A stretch of DNA of 64,000 bases, from contig JAGWNY010000013.1 in NCBI GenBank assembly GCA_028872915.1, positions 3,550-67,549 on the forward strand. Direction: 5' to 3'. Numbering within the stretch: the stretch's first letter is position 1; every line of letters begins with the position of its first letter. The position numbers were made by a program, and so were the translations under genes. Source of the stretch: Verrucomicrobiota bacterium. Its GTDB lineage: Bacteria > Verrucomicrobiota > Verrucomicrobiia > Limisphaerales > UBA11358. Under the pieces are notes generated by a model. It worked only from the letters and a program-made list of their open reading frames with translations, made no database searches and was not told the origin of the DNA. Below are positions 19,961-29,020 of the stretch, piece by piece.

Positions 19961-20440
19961 ATGCGACACACGATTTCAATCCTGGTGGAAAACAAGTTTG
20001 GCGTGCTCACGCGCGTGGCGGGCCTTTTCAGCGGGCGCGGCTACAACATTGACACGCTCAACGTCGGCCCGACCCATGATCCAAAACTCTCCCGCATGAC
20101 GATTGTGACCCACGGCGATGAATCCACTCTCGAACAAATCGTCAAGCAACTTAATAAGCTGCCCGACGTCATCAAGGTCCAGGATTTCCGAGAGGGCGAA
20201 TACGTGGATCGCGAATTGGTCCTGGTAAAAGTGGCGGTGGATTCCAAATCGCGCGCCGAAGTGATGCAGATCACCGACATCTTCCGGGCGAAAATCGTGG
20301 ACGTGCAGACAAAATCGCTGACCATCGAGGTCACGGGCAACGAGAGCAAGGTGGAAAAATTTTTGGAATTGATGGCGTCATTCGGCGTCGCCGCACTGAC
20401 CCGCACCGGCAAAGCCGCCCTGCCGCGAAAATCAATGTAG
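19961..20440 (+). CDS. ilvN: Acetolactate synthase small (regulatory) subunit
   Basis: MRHTISILVENKFGVLTRVAGLFSGRGYNIDTLNVGPT... is the ACT domain, followed by the ALS_ss_C domain. ATG at 19961. The longer ORF-track start (19556) overlaps kduD and reads as noise. Confidence 0.9.
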   Translation: MRHTISILVENKFGVLTRVAGLFSGRGYNIDTLNVGPTHDPKLSRMTIVTHGDESTLEQIVKQLNKLPDVIKVQDFREGEYVDRELVLVKVAVDSKSRAEVMQITDIFRAKIVDVQTKSLTIEVTGNESKVEKFLELMASFGVAALTRTGKAALPRKSM

Positions 20441-20469
20441 TATTCCGGCAAACGAGCCGTGAAAGAGGT

Positions 20470-20498
20470 TTGACTTCGCCAGCGGGCACGCTTAACTA
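20470..20498 (+). promoter_or_regulatory. Sigma70-like promoter candidate, possibly giving a leaderless mRNA
   Basis: TTGACT (20470-20475), a 17-nt spacer, TAACTA (20493-20498), then only 5 nt before the ATG at 20504. No purine-rich RBS is visible. Confidence 0.25.
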
Positions 20499-20503
20499 TC
20501 CGT

Positions 20504-20965
20504 ATGAGAATATCCGCCCTTCTTCCATTTGTATCCGGCCTGCTGCTGGCCGGTTGCGCTTCGCAAAACGCGGGAAATTTTTCTGGGGTACCTGGCCCGT
20601 CGGCCGGAGTGGGCGGCGCGCCTGCCGCGATGACGACGCCGGCAGAAGAGCCACTGCCGCAATCACAATCTGCTCCTGTTCCGGCTCCGGCGCCCGCTCC
20701 AGAACAGACGGCGCCTCAACCGCCCATCGTGGCGCCGGCGTCGTCGCCGGAAGGAACAGTGATGGCGTTCAATGCCGTCGGACAATTTGTGGTCTTAAGT
20801 TTTCCGCCCGGCCAGTTGCCGTCCATTGGCCAGATGTTTTCCGTTTATCATAACGGATTGAAAGTCGGGGAAGTAAAAATCTCGGGGCCACAAAGCGAAA
20901 ACAACATTGTTGCCGATGTGATAGAGGGTCATGCGGCGGTTGGAGACAAAGCCCGAATGCAGTAA
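20504..20965 (+). CDS. Hypothetical lipoprotein
   Basis: Canonical lipobox MRISALLPFVSGLLLAGC, a Pro/Ala-rich linker, and a ~70-aa C-terminal domain of unknown family. Confidence 0.6.
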   Translation: MRISALLPFVSGLLLAGCASQNAGNFSGVPGPSAGVGGAPAAMTTPAEEPLPQSQSAPVPAPAPAPEQTAPQPPIVAPASSPEGTVMAFNAVGQFVVLSFPPGQLPSIGQMFSVYHNGLKVGEVKISGPQSENNIVADVIEGHAAVGDKARMQ

Positions 20966-21027
20966 GGCGGGAGGAGGTGACGCGCGGCCAGTTCGTTAAG
21001 CCGCGTGAGCTAGCTGAGGGTCGCCGC

Positions 21028-21348
21028 TCAATTCTTAATCTTGACCTCTTTTACCGTCTTGGGCAGGGCATTTCTCTGATACGGCGAATGGAGGTTGAAA
21101 TAAATCCCGCAGAGCGGCCGTTCCTGCCCGCTTTCGCTCAATATCACCGTCACGTGCTTGTCCAAGGCGATGCCGTGGCGCATTCCGGGGGCGCGGTTCT
21201 CGTAGGCAGCGATGGCTTTCGCCGTGAGCGATCGCAGCGACGCCCGAAAATCATCGGGCGTCTTGTCAATGCAGATGACGTATTTTTCGTACGCGCGCAT
21301 GGCAACGGCGATTTCGCGTTTGAATGTCTCGGCGGTCACGCTGGGCAA
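21028..21348 (-). CDS. Hypothetical protein (start uncertain)
   Basis: The ORF is open to 21462, but its first ~28 codons overlap the yggS 3' end. Plausible starts are TTG 21348, GTG 21339 or ATG 21300. No motif recognised. Confidence 0.35.
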   Translation of the reverse strand: MPSVTAETFKREIAVAMRAYEKYVICIDKTPDDFRASLRSLTAKAIAAYENRAPGMRHGIALDKHVTVILSESGQERPLCGIYFNLHSPYQRNALPKTVKEVKIKN

Positions 21349-21376
21349 GTTAAAGGGAAATCGGCGGAAAGGGAAA

Positions 21377-22084
21377 TTAATTTTCGGGCGCGGGCGGGCT
21401 GGAGCGAATGCGCCGGCCAAAAAGCGCGGTTCCAACGCGCACGATGGTGGCGCCCTCTTCAATCGCGATTTCGAAATCGTCGCTCATGCCCATGCTCAAA
21501 TGGGCCAGCGGCGCGCCGATAATTTCCTCGCACCGGCCCTTCAATTCCCGCAGTCTGCGGAAATACCGCCGGGACTTTTCCGGGTCCGGCGCGTAGGGCG
21601 GGAGGGTCATCAAGCCGTGAATTTCAATGGCCGGCAGCGTGGCAATCTGCGTGACATAATCGGGCAATCGTTCGGGGGAACAGCCAAACTTGCTGGATTC
21701 GCCGGCCACGTTGACCTGGAGCAGAATCGGCATCGTCCTGGCCGCTTGCTGGCAGCGTTTGGAAATTTCACGGGCGAGGGCGGGGCTGTCCACGCTTTCG
21801 ATCATCTCAAACAGGATGGCCGCATCGCGGACTTTGTTGGATTGCAAATGGCCAATGAAGTGCCATCGCGCGGCGCCGGGGCAGAGTGGAATTTTTTGTT
21901 TAGCTTCCTGCACCTTGCTTTCGCCGAAGAAAATCTGGCCACCGACCACGGCCTCCTCGACCGCTTGCGGCGGATGGGTCTTGGAAACGGCAAGCAGCAG
22001 CACTGATTCAGGAGACCTTCCAGCCCGCTTGCAGGCTTCGCGAATGCGGTATTGAATTACGGCCAGATTGGTGGCAAGACTCAT
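21377..22084 (-). CDS. yggS: YggS-family pyridoxal-phosphate homeostasis protein
   Basis: MSLATNLAVIQYRIREACKRAGR..VLLLAVSKTHP (PLP lysine), HFIGHLQSNK, and LSMGMSDDFEIAIEEGATIVRVGTALFG. Confidence 0.9.
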   Translation of the reverse strand: MSLATNLAVIQYRIREACKRAGRSPESVLLLAVSKTHPPQAVEEAVVGGQIFFGESKVQEAKQKIPLCPGAARWHFIGHLQSNKVRDAAILFEMIESVDSPALAREISKRCQQAARTMPILLQVNVAGESSKFGCSPERLPDYVTQIATLPAIEIHGLMTLPPYAPDPEKSRRYFRRLRELKGRCEEIIGAPLAHLSMGMSDDFEIAIEEGATIVRVGTALFGRRIRSSPPAPEN

Positions 22085-22118
22085 GGGCGAATCGTAAATT
22101 ACAACCAACAAATCGTAA

Positions 22119-22547
22119 ATGAACTACTGGCTCGTCAAATCCGAACCGGACGCCTACTCATGGACGCAATTTCTCAAGGAAGGAAAAACCGCGTGGACGG
22201 GTGTGCGAAATTTTCAGGCACGAAACCACCTGCGCGCCATGAAACGCGGCGACGCCGTCCTGTTTTACCACAGCGTCAGTGAACAACAGATGGTGGGCGT
22301 GGCGCGGGTCGAACGGGAACATTATCCGGACCCGGCCTCCGGACCGTCCGAACGCAAAGGCGACTGGTCATGTGTGGACCTGACTGCGGAAAAAACATTG
22401 GCGCGGCCCGTGACGCTGGAAAGCATCAAGGCCGACCCGCTGCTGCGGCAAATGGCGTTGGTGAAGCAATCGCGCCTTTCGGTCACGCCATTGACGAAAG
22501 CACAATTCCAGTGGATTTTGCAATTGGCTGGAACAAAGACAAAGTGA
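22119..22547 (+). CDS. EVE-domain protein
   Basis: 142 aa. MNYWLVKSEPDAYSW..., WTGVRNFQARNHLRAMKRGD, and LFYHS are typical of stand-alone EVE/PUA-like proteins. Confidence 0.85.
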   Translation: MNYWLVKSEPDAYSWTQFLKEGKTAWTGVRNFQARNHLRAMKRGDAVLFYHSVSEQQMVGVARVEREHYPDPASGPSERKGDWSCVDLTAEKTLARPVTLESIKADPLLRQMALVKQSRLSVTPLTKAQFQWILQLAGTKTK

Positions 22548-22571
22548 ATCCTTTGGAAAACAAGGAGGTTT

Positions 22572-23144
22572 ATGGACACATTTCTTCCGCCGATTGAAAG
22601 ACCTGGCGGGCTGCTCAAAAAGCTCGCATATTTCGTCACCCGCCGCCAGTTCGGCAAAGTGCTCACGCCACTGAAAGTTCATAGCGCACGCCTGCCGATT
22701 GCTTTCGGCCTGTTCTATGGAAAAGTCAGCAGATTGGACAAAAAACTGTCGCTGCCGATCGAGACCATCCTGCTCATTCGCGAACAGGTTGCCCGGCTCA
22801 ACGTCTGCCTCTTTTGCACGGACATTGGGCGAACGTTCGCCATCAATGCGAAGATGAACGAAGCCAAATTCGACGCCGTGGAACAATACCGCACCAGCGC
22901 CCTTTTTTCAGAAAAGGAACGCGCGGCCCTGGATTACGTCACGGAGTTGACCGTGGACAAGAAGGTCAATCCGGATACTTTTGCCCGCCTCGTGCGTCAT
23001 TATTCCGAACGGGAGATTTGCGAGATTGTCTGGCTTGTTGCGACCGAGCATCTTTACAACCTCACCAATATCGGCCTGAACATCCATTCAGACATGCTCT
23101 GCGACCTGACTAGAAGAAACCAAAAGCAGGCCACTGGAGCTTGA
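22572..23144 (+). CDS. Carboxymuconolactone-decarboxylase (AhpD-like) family protein
   Basis: 190 aa. CLFCTDIGR (CxxC-type AhpD-like motif) and ERAALDYVTELT. Confidence 0.75.
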   Translation: MDTFLPPIERPGGLLKKLAYFVTRRQFGKVLTPLKVHSARLPIAFGLFYGKVSRLDKKLSLPIETILLIREQVARLNVCLFCTDIGRTFAINAKMNEAKFDAVEQYRTSALFSEKERAALDYVTELTVDKKVNPDTFARLVRHYSEREICEIVWLVATEHLYNLTNIGLNIHSDMLCDLTRRNQKQATGA

Positions 23145-23266
23145 AAGGCGCCATTCGCGGACTCCATATCAGCCTGAATATCCGGGCATTGAAATCCCCC
23201 TGATTGGTCTTGCCTTCCGGCGGACGCGAATTAATGTCTTTATGAGTTCGAATCTGGTTTTTGATC

Positions 23267-23971
23267 ATGTCCAGCCGCCGCACTTGGGACAGTTTTGAGG
23301 CGATGCGCGACGCCGCGATGGAGGGCGACGCGCAGGCCCAATGTTATCTTGGCGTCTGCTACCAGAATGGCCAGGGCGTTGCGCAGGACCATCAAGAGGC
23401 GGTAAAATGGCTTCGCCGGGCGTCCGACCAGGGCGATCCAGTGGCGCAGTGCTACCTGGGTGTTTGCTATTTGAACGGCGCCGGTGTTCCGCAGGAATTT
23501 TCGGAGGCCGCGCGATGGCTCCGTGAAGCGGCGGAGCAGGGCGACCCGGCCGCGCAATTCAATCTTGGCGTTCTCTATGAAACCGGCCAGGGTGTCCCGC
23601 AAAATTACGCCGAAGCGGTCAAATGGTACCGCGAGGCGGCCGAACGCGGCTATCCCGCCGCCCAATTCAACCTCGGCGTTTACTACGAGAGCGGACAGGT
23701 CGTGCCCCAGGATTTCAAGGAAGCCGTCCGCTGGTATCGCGCCGCCGCCGACCAGGAATGCGCCCCAGCCCAATGCAATATGGGCCTTTGCTATCAGACC
23801 GGACGCGGCGTGGAACAGAACCAGCAGGAAGCCGTGAAATGGTTCATCAAGGCCGCTAGGCAAGGTGACAAGACAGCGCAGCACAATCTCGGTCTTCATT
23901 ATGCCGCGCACGGAGCGGCCCCGCCGCATCAACCGGCTGCCGAACGCGACGCAGCCAGCCAGGCCGGTTAA
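23267..23971 (+). CDS. Sel1-repeat (TPR-like) protein
   Basis: About six consecutive ~36-aa Sel1 units (GDAQAQCYLGVCYQNGQGVAQDHQEAVKWLRRAS..., repeated with AQFNLGVLYETGQGVPQNYAEAVKWYREAA...). No signal peptide. ATG at 23267; the ORF-track TTG is at 23261. Confidence 0.85.
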   Translation: MSSRRTWDSFEAMRDAAMEGDAQAQCYLGVCYQNGQGVAQDHQEAVKWLRRASDQGDPVAQCYLGVCYLNGAGVPQEFSEAARWLREAAEQGDPAAQFNLGVLYETGQGVPQNYAEAVKWYREAAERGYPAAQFNLGVYYESGQVVPQDFKEAVRWYRAAADQECAPAQCNMGLCYQTGRGVEQNQQEAVKWFIKAARQGDKTAQHNLGLHYAAHGAAPPHQPAAERDAASQAG

Positions 23972-23981
23972 AGCTTTGGCG

Positions 23982-25217
23982 TCATTGCAGAATAATGACC
24001 CGATAAATTTTACCGGACGAGCTGGCTATGCTGTCCGTTTGCACAAGTATTGGACAGGCGGCAGTCACCGGCGCATCCAGGTTGGACCAAATCGCGCAGT
24101 CCGCAGAAGTCATGTATTGAACTTGATAGTTCCTGCCAATCACGCTGTCCCACGATAAAACCAGCTTGTTGCCTTCCGATTGTTGAACGGCAATCATGAA
24201 CGGCACGGTAACGAGCCGAATCATCTCATTGTAAGTATCCGAAACAATCAGGGAACCGTCCGGCTCAAAAGCTAGGCCATAGGGATTGAAGAAACGTCCC
24301 TGGCCATTGACCCCGTTGGTTGCGCCAAAAACGCCCGGCAGCCCGGAAATGGTTTGAACCAGGCCATTGGTCCCGATTTCGCGAATGATCTGGTTCATCG
24401 AATCAGCCACGAAAAGATTTCCGTTCCGGTCAAAAGTAAGTTCGGCGGGACTGCGAAATCGCGCCGATTGCAGGCTGCCATCCATCGCCCCATCCGCGCC
24501 TGGCAGGCCCGCAAACGTGCTGACATCGCCTGCGGGTGTAATTTCACGTATCGTGTCATTGTTGGCGTCGCTCACAAACAGGTTGCCGTGCGCGTCAAAC
24601 GCCAGACCGACCGGCCCATCGAATTGCGCATTGGCGCCCAGGCCGTCGGCAGTGCCCCATATTTGCGGCTCGCCGGCGAAAGTCGAGATCGCGCCATTGA
24701 AAATTTCCCGGATGCATTGATTACCGCTGTCGGCCACAAAAATGGCTCCATTTGCCGCCACGGCGATTCCGAGCGGCGCGCTAAATACGTTGCTCACGTC
24801 GCCGGCAATGCCGGCAATCGTGGAAACCGCCCCGGCCGGCGTGATTTCGCGAATCGTGTTGTTGCCCGTGTCGCTGACCAACAGATTCCCGTTCGCGTCA
24901 AAAGCAAGGCCGCTGGGCGCGTCGAATTGGGCATTTGTGCCCCGGCCATCCGCGCTTCCTTGAACACCCATTTGCCCGGCAAACGTCGTCACCACGCCAT
25001 TGGTGGTGATTTCGCGGATGGCGTCGTTTTGCGAATCGGCCACGAAAACATTCCCGGCCGCGTCCACGGCAATCGCCGCCGGATCGTTGAACAGCGCGTT
25101 TGTTCCCATGCCATTTGTCGCGCCGCTAACCAGCGCCAGGCCGGCCAAAGTGGTCACGCCGTCCTGCGCGCGCGCCGCCACGGCAGCCAGCAAAATGGCA
25201 GTCAAGACGATCTTCAT
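23982..25217 (-). CDS. Secreted NHL-repeat beta-propeller protein
   Basis: Start MKIVLTAILLAAVAARAQ (signal). Six NHL-like units of the form 'F..P.G.A.D..GN.FV.DS.N..IREI'. The C-terminal ~65-aa module (LVLSWDSVIGRNYQVQY...W..L...KIYRVIILQ) is common at the ends of exported PVC proteins. The ATG overlaps the upstream stop as ATGA (25214-25217). Confidence 0.85.
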   Translation of the reverse strand: MKIVLTAILLAAVAARAQDGVTTLAGLALVSGATNGMGTNALFNDPAAIAVDAAGNVFVADSQNDAIREITTNGVVTTFAGQMGVQGSADGRGTNAQFDAPSGLAFDANGNLLVSDTGNNTIREITPAGAVSTIAGIAGDVSNVFSAPLGIAVAANGAIFVADSGNQCIREIFNGAISTFAGEPQIWGTADGLGANAQFDGPVGLAFDAHGNLFVSDANNDTIREITPAGDVSTFAGLPGADGAMDGSLQSARFRSPAELTFDRNGNLFVADSMNQIIREIGTNGLVQTISGLPGVFGATNGVNGQGRFFNPYGLAFEPDGSLIVSDTYNEMIRLVTVPFMIAVQQSEGNKLVLSWDSVIGRNYQVQYMTSADCAIWSNLDAPVTAACPILVQTDSIASSSGKIYRVIILQ

Positions 25218-28200
25218 TCTCCCCTCCTCATCAATCGCGCCTCCGCCGCCGGTGGCGGAGGCGTTCCATTGTCCAATGGCGGCCGCTGGAACTTCCATGT
25301 TGGTTTCAATTCCGTTCCGGCCCGCGTGATCAAATAGCCGTCGCGCACGCGGACGTTTTGGACCGTGTAGAGCCGCCCATCGCGCTCGTAAAATTTTTCC
25401 ATTTCATCCAGATAGAACGGACGCGATCCGCGCCGTCCAAACACAACCGTTTGGTTGCCGCTTTCGTCCACCACCCGGTCCCGATCCAGGCCGCGCGACA
25501 CCGCCAGAGCCGGCCCGCGAGTGTAAAACGTCGCAATCAGTTTGGGATTAGGCACTGGACTGAAGCCCATCGCGCCGGGCACGTTTTCTGGCGAGATCAA
25601 TTGGATGACGCGCAAGCCATTCCTGCCGTCGGCCACGAGCGCAAATTCCGAGGCGCTGATGGAGCCGACCTGCACCGCGCGCGTGTCGTTGAGTTTTCCG
25701 CCCGCTGTGTAAAGCCGCTCCAACCGCGGTTTTTCCGGATTGGTGATATCAATAAACGCCAGGCCGTCCGGGCCGTCGGCCACGTAGGCATAAGTGCGCG
25801 CCAGGTAAAAACGATGCGCATGTTTGAGTGGCACGAACGCGCCGGGAATCGTTTTCGGCTTCGTTGGGTCGGTGATATCGAGAACCTTGAACCCGTCGTC
25901 ATCGGTCACGAAGAGGTAACGGAATTGCACGCCCACGGCGCGTGGATTTTTCAGGCCGGACGTCACCTCCCCGACAATTCCCGGCGCCGTCAGCGAATCG
26001 TTGTGAAGTCCGACCACAAACAAGCCGTTCCTGCCCACCACATAAAGATTGGTTCCCGCCATGAACGAATCCTCGGCCCCGGTCAGTTTGCCGCCCGGAT
26101 TGAAGCGAATGATTTTTTCGCGGCCAAAAAAGTTGTTTTCAGGATCGCCGTCCAGCAGCGTGCCCACCGTCACCATCACCAGGCCCTCCTTCCGGTCCGT
26201 GACAAATACCCACGCATAAATCGGGCTGACGGCCTGTTCCTCGTTGACAGGGCGGTGCGTGCGCAACGGATCATCGGCCAGCGTGCTCGGCAGCGTCACG
26301 CTCGTCGCATAGGGCGTGGGCACGTCCGTGCGCTGGCCCAATGGCGACACGGGCGCGGACGTGATGCGCTGGGAAAAGCCCTTGTTGTCAACGTTGGCCA
26401 CGTCAAAAACCCTGAACCCGCCGGGACCGTCGGCGGTGTAGAGATATTCACCACGAAGCTGAATGTCAAGAATGTTATCGGCGTCCTCGTGATACCCTTC
26501 CTTCAGCCTTCGCCCGCCGTCCACAAATTTCCCGTAATCATCCGGATACGCGATCTCTTGCAAATGGCTCCCATAAGCCGCCTGCGGATCGGCTTGTTCC
26601 GTCCACGGCACCGCGTCCAGACCGCCTCGGCCCTCCGCCACGTAGGCAAACCGTCCGAAAAAATTCACCGTGCCCGTCCCGAAACCCAGCAGCGAAGCCA
26701 TCCAGGCATTGTTGTCGTTGGCCTTTGAAACATGGCAATCCTCGCAGTTTTTGGTCGTGCCAATGCCGCTGGTCGTATGCATGAAACAGGGATTGTAAGC
26801 CTGCCCGCTGAAACCCTCGGCGCTGATTGTCTGCTGCTGTGAATAGACCCATTCGCGGTTCGCATTTTGCGAACTCACGACCACCGCGGAGGAGGAACGG
26901 ATCACGGCCATGCGATGGTGCTTGTAAGTGGCGTCTATTCCGAGTTGAAAGACGTCGTCGCGCACCACCTGCGGGTTGTAGCTGGTGAAGTTGCGGGTCA
27001 GGATGCCTTCGTATTTGTTGAGCGGCACGCGTTGATTGGCCCGCATCGGCAGATGGCAGCCGAAGCACGACGTTGCCCACGACGTGTGGCAGACTTCGCA
27101 ATTGACGTTGGAATTGTCATGCGCCAGCTTGCGCGGGCATTGGCCCGGCTTCGGAACGGCGCCCCAATGCACGCCGTCACGCAACAGCGTCTTGGCGTAG
27201 GCCGAGGCCGGATCATAGAACGGCGACTTTGGATCAATCGTGTCCACCGTTTGTGGAATTTCCCAGACGAGGTCCGGCGTCATTTCGGAGCGTTGATACA
27301 ACCGCTTTCCAATCCAGAAGAACCGCGGTCCCCACGGCGTGTTGTCCGCGCGCAAATCGTCTTTTCCACCATTGCCGCTCGTGATCAGCGTGGGCCGCTT
27401 TTCAATCGTTCCGTGGCAGTCAATGCACTCAATGGTTGTGGCGGCGCGCGATTCGCCGTAGAGCAGGCCGTTGCCATGCACGTCTCCGTCGAAATGGCAG
27501 TCCACGCACTGCATTCCACGCCGCAGATGCTCGTCTTCCAGATGCACCGCCCTCGCAAATTTGTCGGGGGCGTCAAAGGGAATGATATTCCCCTGGCGAT
27601 CCAGCAGATTGCCCTGCCGATCATGCAAAAATACCGCCCGGAAAATCCAGCCGTGGCCGTGATAATCCGCAAACTGCGTGTCCTTCAACTTGGAATTCAA
27701 CTGAGCCACCTTTTCCAGAAAATCGAGGTTTCCCCAAAGCCCGCGCGCCGCCGCCGCTTCCGGATTATTTTCCACCGACCGTGTCAATTCCGCGGCCGTC
27801 GGGTTTTTCTGCTGTTTCGGATACATCCATTCGCCGTCGGTTTCCTCGTCCCACCATGTATAGCCCAGATACGGATTCACGAACAAATTGCCCTGGTGCA
27901 TGTGACAGACCATGCACTGGCTTGACGGAATGGCGCGCGTGAACTGATGAATGATGGGATGGCCGCGCTCATTCTTGGGGATAGCCTTGTCGCCGGAAAA
28001 ACTCAGGCCCTGGCTGCCGTATTTGTAATACCAGCCCGAATCGGTTGGAGAACGGTCGTTGGCAAAGACCACGTGGCAGGCCGAGCATCCGCTGCTGCGA
28101 TAATCGCCCGGATGATTGTTGGAACCCAGGAAATCCAACAGCGGATCATTCAACCGCGTTTTCTGCAAGTTCAGAAAGACCGGATCGGTGCGCAGCAACG

Positions 28201-29017
28201 TGCCCAGGCCGCGGTCGCTGAGCGCGTGCGCCGGCTTGCCAGGGTCCTCGAACGGGTCCGGGTCGGCCAGCGCGGGCGGTTGTACGCCGCCCCGCTCGAA
28301 GATGCGCAGAATATTCCCCGGCTGGCTCAATTCGAAGCGAGGCAATGGATCAATATAAGGCAGGATGCCATGTTTCCGCGTCATCTCCGGCGTCACGGGT
28401 ACGGGGCTGACCAGCCGTAATGGCGCGCCATCCGCCCCATAAGCCTGGCCGAAGCGGTAATTTTTTTCGGGGAAGGCTCCATTGTTGTAAAGCGCGGCTC
28501 CCCACAGCATGGCGCCGTGGCGCATGATACTGTGGCTGACTTCCTGCACGATCTTGCCGTGGCAAAGGCCGCACGCTTGCTGCGCCACGCGCAGGTCGCC
28601 GGGATTGACGAAGCGAATGAAGGCCGCCGATTCATGGTTCAGCAACACCGACGAGCCATTCGGCAGCGCCGAACTTTGCCAGAAAACGGGATTGCGAGGC
28701 GCCACGTGCGCTTCGCGTTCCGTCAGGCCGGGCGTCGCGTTGCCTCCATGACAATCCGTGCAGCCCAGCACAACATTCGCCGAGTCATGCATCGGCTCGA
28801 TGCCGGCGTGGCATTCAAGGCAACCCTCCGACTTCCGCCACGCGGCGGCGCGCGACTGGTCTATCCAATTGGGTTTGGGCAATTCCACGCGGGCGCTCGG
28901 AGGCAACTCTTTGGGCACGGAAAGAGCCGGCCCGGACCCGTCGGACAAGCCGGCCAGCAGCCGAAAATTCAGCAACAGCCCCAGGCATGCGAGAAATCGG
29001 ATTTCGTTCGTTTTCAT
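25214..29017 (-). CDS. Secreted decahaem c-type cytochrome fused to an LVIVD-repeat beta-propeller
   Basis: 1267 aa with a signal-like N-terminus (MKTNEIRFLACLGLLLNFRLLAG). Ten CXXCH motifs: CLECH66, CTDCH86, CGLCH149, CSACH311, CMVCH368, CVDCH504, CIDCH531, CEVCH640, CFGCH651 and CEDCH758. The C-terminal ~aa 850-1150 carries LVIVD-type signatures (GGFRVFDVANVDN, DGFKVLDITDPTKP, DGLAFIDITNPEKP, NGLRVIQLISPENV). Confidence 0.9.
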   Translation of the reverse strand: MKTNEIRFLACLGLLLNFRLLAGLSDGSGPALSVPKELPPSARVELPKPNWIDQSRAAAWRKSEGCLECHAGIEPMHDSANVVLGCTDCHGGNATPGLTEREAHVAPRNPVFWQSSALPNGSSVLLNHESAAFIRFVNPGDLRVAQQACGLCHGKIVQEVSHSIMRHGAMLWGAALYNNGAFPEKNYRFGQAYGADGAPLRLVSPVPVTPEMTRKHGILPYIDPLPRFELSQPGNILRIFERGGVQPPALADPDPFEDPGKPAHALSDRGLGTLLRTDPVFLNLQKTRLNDPLLDFLGSNNHPGDYRSSGCSACHVVFANDRSPTDSGWYYKYGSQGLSFSGDKAIPKNERGHPIIHQFTRAIPSSQCMVCHMHQGNLFVNPYLGYTWWDEETDGEWMYPKQQKNPTAAELTRSVENNPEAAAARGLWGNLDFLEKVAQLNSKLKDTQFADYHGHGWIFRAVFLHDRQGNLLDRQGNIIPFDAPDKFARAVHLEDEHLRRGMQCVDCHFDGDVHGNGLLYGESRAATTIECIDCHGTIEKRPTLITSGNGGKDDLRADNTPWGPRFFWIGKRLYQRSEMTPDLVWEIPQTVDTIDPKSPFYDPASAYAKTLLRDGVHWGAVPKPGQCPRKLAHDNSNVNCEVCHTSWATSCFGCHLPMRANQRVPLNKYEGILTRNFTSYNPQVVRDDVFQLGIDATYKHHRMAVIRSSSAVVVSSQNANREWVYSQQQTISAEGFSGQAYNPCFMHTTSGIGTTKNCEDCHVSKANDNNAWMASLLGFGTGTVNFFGRFAYVAEGRGGLDAVPWTEQADPQAAYGSHLQEIAYPDDYGKFVDGGRRLKEGYHEDADNILDIQLRGEYLYTADGPGGFRVFDVANVDNKGFSQRITSAPVSPLGQRTDVPTPYATSVTLPSTLADDPLRTHRPVNEEQAVSPIYAWVFVTDRKEGLVMVTVGTLLDGDPENNFFGREKIIRFNPGGKLTGAEDSFMAGTNLYVVGRNGLFVVGLHNDSLTAPGIVGEVTSGLKNPRAVGVQFRYLFVTDDDGFKVLDITDPTKPKTIPGAFVPLKHAHRFYLARTYAYVADGPDGLAFIDITNPEKPRLERLYTAGGKLNDTRAVQVGSISASEFALVADGRNGLRVIQLISPENVPGAMGFSPVPNPKLIATFYTRGPALAVSRGLDRDRVVDESGNQTVVFGRRGSRPFYLDEMEKFYERDGRLYTVQNVRVRDGYLITRAGTELKPTWKFQRPPLDNGTPPPPAAEARLMRRGE

Positions 29018-29020
29018 GGC

